A stretch of 64,000 nucleotides of DNA from a virus (lineage: Duplodnaviria; Caudoviricetes): positions 2,587 through 66,586 of the IMG/VR virus record IMGVR_UViG_2840904412_000001, one strand, 5' to 3'. The notes under the pieces were generated by a model that did no database searches, had not been told where the DNA came from, and was given only the letters and a program-made list of their open reading frames with translations. A program made the translations under genes and the position numbers. Numbering within the stretch: the stretch's first letter is position 1; every line of letters begins with the position of its first letter. Shown in pieces: positions 59,031-64,000 of this stretch.

Positions 59031-62000
59031 ATGAAAGCATTAATATTATTCGACCATATTAGAGAAGAGCATTACTCAGTGGTTAATAATAAACCACAAT
59101 TTAAACTCTTTAGTACACCGAATGGTAAAATACTAAAAAGTATTTTAGATAAGTTTGCAGGGTTAAAACGTACGAAAGGTATTAAGAATTACGATATTAA
59201 CTACCTCTATAATGCTATCCCACAACCTATCTATAATGATTATGGTAAGATTATTAAATATAATGATGTAAAACAAAGTGAAGTTAAGCCTTATTATGAA
59301 AGAATGAACAATATCATCATGGAAAACAAGTACGATATTATTATTCCATTAGGTAAATTAGGTGTTAAATATTTATTAAATGTAAGTTCTATTGGTAAGG
59401 TTAGGGGAGTACCTACTAAAGTAGACATTGGTAGCCATACAACGTGGGTACTACCTACATATAGTATTGAGTATACGAATGTAAATAAAAATGCAGAACG
59501 ATATGTAGTTGCTGATTTAGAGCTAGTAGGTAAGTTTATTAAAGAGGGTGAAGAAGCATTCAAACCTAAAACTGTAGAGTATGAATTAGTAACAGATATT
59601 GAACGAGTACGGGAAATATTTAGTAAAGAAGTAAAAAATGATAATAATGATGGTGTGGATATTACCGCATGGGACTTAGAGACTAACTCTTTATCTCCAG
59701 AGAAAAAAGGAAGTAAACCCCTAGTACTATCTATGAGTTGGAAGAATGGTCAAGGTGTTACAATTCCACTATATAAAAGTGATTTTACTTGGGAGAATGG
59801 ACAACAAGATATTGATGAGATTCTTTCTATGCTAAAAGAATGGGTAGCTAGTAAAGATGATATTAAAGTGGGTCACCACTTAAAATATGACATAAAATTC
59901 CTTATGGCTACTCAAAATTTTGTTAACTTTGAAAGTAATCTAGATACATTAGTTGGTTGGTACTTAACTGTATCTCAAGAAAGTACTGAATCTAAAAGAC
60001 TTTCTGATATTACATATATGGTGACGGATATGGGAGGTTATGATAAACCATTAGAGGACTTTAAAGTTTGGTTTATTCAAGAGTTGCTTAAAAAAGTATC
60101 TAACACTATTAATAATAGAAAGAAAGATAATAAGAAGGAAGCTAAAAAAAAGTATGGTGTTAAGGTTACAGAATATGATTCATGGATTGAAAGTAAACTA
60201 CAAGAATCTGTTGCTTTAGATGAGCATGATGAAAAATTACATGTATCTTTAGAAGAGAAAAAATATATTAACTTAGGACTAACACCAGAGGTTTTGAATC
60301 ATAATGTGTTTATGGATGAAGACATTCAAGAAGTTTTGAAATCGTCCAAAGAGTATATGTCATTATCAGAAAAAGGTAAATCATATGTACTAAATACTGC
60401 ATTAACTTTAATTAATAAATTTAGAAACGTTAAAGATGTTATTAATGAGGTGGATGGTGGTAACTTCAACTATGATTGGATTCCACTAGAACTTATGCAC
60501 CCATATGCTAGTGGAGATACTGATGCTTGTAGACGTATATATTGTAAAATTATGGATAAATTTAAACAACAAGATAGACCTAAGGCACGAGAACTATTTG
60601 AACGTGATTACCCTAGATTAGATAGAACCTTAGCACGAATTGAAAGTAATGGATTATTTGCTGATTTGGACTACATGGAAAAGAATAATGAGGTATATAA
60701 TAAGGAACTAGATAAAGTAGAAAATAGAGTACGAAACCACCCTCTAATTAAAGAGTTTGAAGAATCTAGATATGAATTATATTTAGCAGGAGTAGAGGAA
60801 TTTGAAAATAATACCCCTAAAGAGCGTGATAAAGAAATAACGCAATACAGAGATAAATTTAAAAATGGGAGTTGGAAATTTAAAATTAGTTCTGGTGTAC
60901 ACAAGGGAGAAGTGTTATATGATATTCTAAGCATCATGCTTCCATATGACCAAAACTATGTGAAAAGTGCATCGTTTACAAAAAAAAGAGAAAATGAAAT
61001 TACTTGGGAAGATTACAAAACCGACTCTAAATCTTTAACATACATTTTAAAGAATATGGATTTAAAAGAAGATGTGAAAAGTTTAATAGAAGATTTACTT
61101 TATTATGCTTCTATACAAACGAAAAGGAACTCATTTACTAACAAACTACCTAATATGATAAATAAGGAAACACGCACATTGCATGGTAGCTTCAGTGCAA
61201 CAACTACTAGTACAGGAAGATTAGCTAGTAGCAACCCTTAAATTGGGGTTGTAAAACTTTGTTAACTGCGGGGAGAAACTTGACAGGTCTTAACTACTAA
61301 CTTATAATGGAAACATATATAAGGGCAAACAGTAATGTGTTTGGTATAGTAAAAAGGTTAAGAATAGAGAGAATCCGCATCCAAGCCTCTGAAAGTGTAT
61401 AAAAGTATGAGGAAGGTTCAACGACTAGGTGTTGAGATAGCACAATCAATACACACCCATGAACGCAAAGATATTATTTCTGCGGTAGGAAATGATATAT
61501 GATATAGTCTACTCTATATAGAGATATATAGTTATTGTTTAAATAACAATGTACAATATAAATTATACTTATATTGTATACAATAGAATTTACAAAACAT
61601 AGTGTCCCACACATCTAATGTAAATTTATTTGATTATCATCACCCTATAAAGCGCTCTTTCGTTTCAAGGTTTAATGATGGTGTTATCCTTCAAGCGGAT
61701 TACAGTGCCTTAGAGCTTAGAGTAACAGGTCTCATGACAGGAGACCCTGAAATGACTGAAACATTTTTAAATGATGGAGATTTACACAAAAATACCGCTA
61801 GTTTAATGTATGGTAAACCAGAATCAGAAGTAACTTCTGATGAGCGTAAGAAAGCAAAAACAGTATCATTCTCCTTACTATATGGTGATGTACCATTCTC
61901 TTTTGCTAGTAAGAATGATATGCCAGTGGAAGAGGCAGAGGAATTATTTAATAAGTATTATGAGCATAAACCTGCTGTTAGAGATGCTATTAATGAAACA

Positions 62001-62579
62001 CATGAGTTTGTGAAGCAACATGGGTATGTAGAAACCTTACATGGCTTTAGACGATTCATAGGAAATGCTACAAGTAGTGATAAAAAGAAACGTAATGAAG
62101 CATTAAGACAATCCTTCAACGCAAAAATACAAGGTTTAGGTTCATGGTTTACAAGTATGGCTATTACTTATATTGATGACTTTATTCAATTAAAAGGTAT
62201 GAAATCCAAAATTATTGCCACAGTACATGACAGTATTGTAGTAGATGCACACCCAGAAGAAGTAGAGATTATGGCTAAAGTAGTACTTAGATGCATGGAA
62301 AACTTACCTTTTGACTTTTTAATGACGGATTATAAAGGCAAGACTATTAGATACCCTATAAAAGCGGACATGGAAATTGGAAGTAGTTATGGGGACTTAG
62401 TAGAATATGATGAAGATGATTTTAAATCTTTCAGTACACCACAAGGGTATATCAAGTATTACTTAAATTTACAAACACTTAGTGATTACTTTGAATCAGG
62501 GAAGTTAACTGAGGAGCAGTATAAACAAAAAGTAAAATTAGTAGAGCAAGAAAAATATAAATATCAACAAATGTCTTGA
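59031..62579 (+). CDS. Family A DNA polymerase (UDG-like N-terminus, 3'-5' exonuclease), join(59031-61238,61587-62579)
   Basis: WDLET exo I, TGRLASSNP|NLQN restored by splicing, DYSALELR, KTVSFSLLYG, VHDS. Confidence 0.93.
61239..61586 (+). ncRNA. Group I intron in DNA polymerase (ORF-less)
   Basis: P1 AACCCU/GGGGUU; P7 GACTA/TAGTC; terminal G. Confidence 0.9.
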
Positions 62580-62622
62580 CAGTAGAGGTAACTTATGTTA
62601 GACTTTAGTAAGTAAAGGAGAG

Positions 62623-62832
62623 ATGCTTATGCGTTTTAAGAAGTACACCAAGAAAGAATCTATTGAGCTCATTAAAAGTGGTAAAGTACATATTATGTAT
62701 AGCTATCACACAAGCAACCCACTTACATTGTTTGATGTTAAATTTAGACCTTGTTTTTTAAAAGATAGGTCTTTATGGGTAGTAAAAAAAGAAAATACAA
62801 AGAGAGGTAGAAAGAAATGGAAATTCAAGTAG
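62623..62832 (+). CDS. Hypothetical protein
   Basis: Promoter TTGACA-17-TAGACT (62576-62604); AAGGAG RBS. Confidence 0.6.
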   Translation: MLMRFKKYTKKESIELIKSGKVHIMYSYHTSNPLTLFDVKFRPCFLKDRSLWVVKKENTKRGRKKWKFK

Positions 62833-63243
62833 ATAGTTTAGATTTTGATACTATTACTATTAAAGATAAGAACAATAATGAAACCATTCTTTCTATCCAA
62901 GACGAGCTTAAAATAGATGAGATTAACTTAAATGAATCTTTTATGACTCAATCTAGTAAGTTTGCTTATTGGGCTAACTTACTAGAGATTGTTCGTAGGT
63001 ATAGTGAAGCTGAAGAACGAAAGTTAGAAACAATCGGAGCGCAACTCAATTTATCTATTCGTGAGTGGTATAAGCAAAATAAAGAAAAGCCTACTAAAGA
63101 TATGATTGAGGCTCGTATTATGATAGATAAAAACTATCAAGAGCAGTTAAAAGTAGTAGAGGAATGGAAGTACAAAACAAAACAACTACAATATGTAGTA
63201 AAAGCCTTTGAGCAACGTGTAAATGCGCTAACACATTTAGGGG
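62817..63243 (+). CDS. Exon 1 of a conserved helical protein downstream of the polymerase (last exon lies beyond the window)
   Basis: MEIQVDSLDF...KAFEQR..LG matches a K-like conserved protein that continues a little further; the ORF-track tail VTNKLQLN is intron sequence. Confidence 0.7.
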
Positions 63244-64000
63244 TAACTAACAAGTTACAATTAAATTAAAAAATAAATAATTTAATATAAACTTTGCCCT
63301 GCTTATAGAGTAATCTGTAAGTACCAAGGGTTAAATGCTAAGAAATCCTAAAGCTAATCAAACTAAAACAGAATCCGAAAGGATATATGGAATAGTTACG
63401 AAAGTAGAAAAAATTGGTTAGATACTCTAAGGTTAAATCCTAAGGAGAAGAACAATGGAAGTTTAGCAGGGAAAGTCCTAAGGTTAATAAACTATGGAAG
63501 ACCCCCAACGACTATCTCGTATAGGTGACGAGAGTAAAACTGCAAACTACTGGCAGAAGAAAAATCCTTACCCTATATAATAGGGATAACAAATAGTCTC
63601 CACTCGTATCGAAAGATAGAGCTATGGATTAACCATAGGGGTTAGAAGTGGTGTTCTAACTCAAAGAAAGTTAAAACTTATAAATATTTTAAATTTTATT
63701 CCAAAAAACTGTATATATCTAAAGCTAATTGGTATACTTTCCGACAATACCTTACTTATAAATGTGGGGATAGGGGAATTCTTTTAACTATTGCTAACCA
63801 ATGGTATCCTTCTACACAAACTTGTTCTATATGTGAAACTACTTTAACAAAACAAGATAAACTATCTTTATCTCAAAGAACATATAAATGTTCTTGCGGA
63901 AATAATCTCGATAGAGATTATAACGCTAGTCTTAACTTGAAAAACTATAGGTACTCCAAATGGTATCAAAATAATATAATTTCACAATAAAGAAATATAT
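63244..64000 (+). mobile_element. Second IStron (group I ribozyme + truncated tnpB), runs off the window
   Basis: Ribozyme at about 63290-63665 is closely similar to 8985-9330; inserted after TTAGGGG; followed by a tnpB 3' fragment. Confidence 0.85.
63709..63990 (+). pseudogene. tnpB: tnpB C-terminal remnant
   Basis: YISKANWYTFRQYLTYKCGDRGI...WYPSTQTCSIC...CSCGNNLDRDYNASLNL; no start, RuvC-I and RuvC-II missing. Confidence 0.85.

Noticed and set aside
4955-60937. Numerous minus-strand ORFs and nested plus-strand ORFs in the ORF track
   Set aside because: They are shadows of well-supported plus-strand genes, with no convincing RBS and no recognisable motifs.
39335-62579. Split helicase, nrdE, nrdF and polymerase ORFs as pseudogenes or inteins
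   Set aside because: Each gap contains a group I core with P1 pairing, and removing it restores conserved motifs in frame. The in-frame stops exclude inteins.

Overview
A 64 kb segment of a large, AT-rich lytic myophage of the Twort/K-like group (Herelleviridae, Twortvirinae; a Staphylococcus host is inferred from protein similarity). All real genes are on the + strand. They run from the major capsid, head-tail, sheath/tube, tape measure, baseplate and receptor-binding genes into the replication and nucleotide-metabolism block (two helicases, SbcCD-like nuclease, anti-sigma factor, primase, resolvase, NrdIEF, thioredoxin, HU-like protein, family A DNA polymerase). The window is unusually rich in selfish elements. 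I reconstructed nine group I introns from P1/P10 pairing and reading-frame restoration: four in the 142-codon tail tube gene and one each in the helicase, nrdE, nrdF, DNA polymerase and a conserved gene at 62.8 kb. Two of them are IStron-like (group I ribozyme fused to IS607-type tnpB sequence). The one in the tail tube gene has an intact TnpB, its own promoter and an omegaRNA whose guide would be exon 2, but no transposase, so it looks like an RNA-guided homing intron in an essential virion gene. There is also an intact IscB with omegaRNA, an IS607 element with a gutted tnpA and intact tnpB, an intronic GIY-YIG endonuclease, a free-standing NUMOD1/Vsr-like endonuclease and a two-gene methyltransferase island. 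All homology calls are from recognition by eye; no searches were run.
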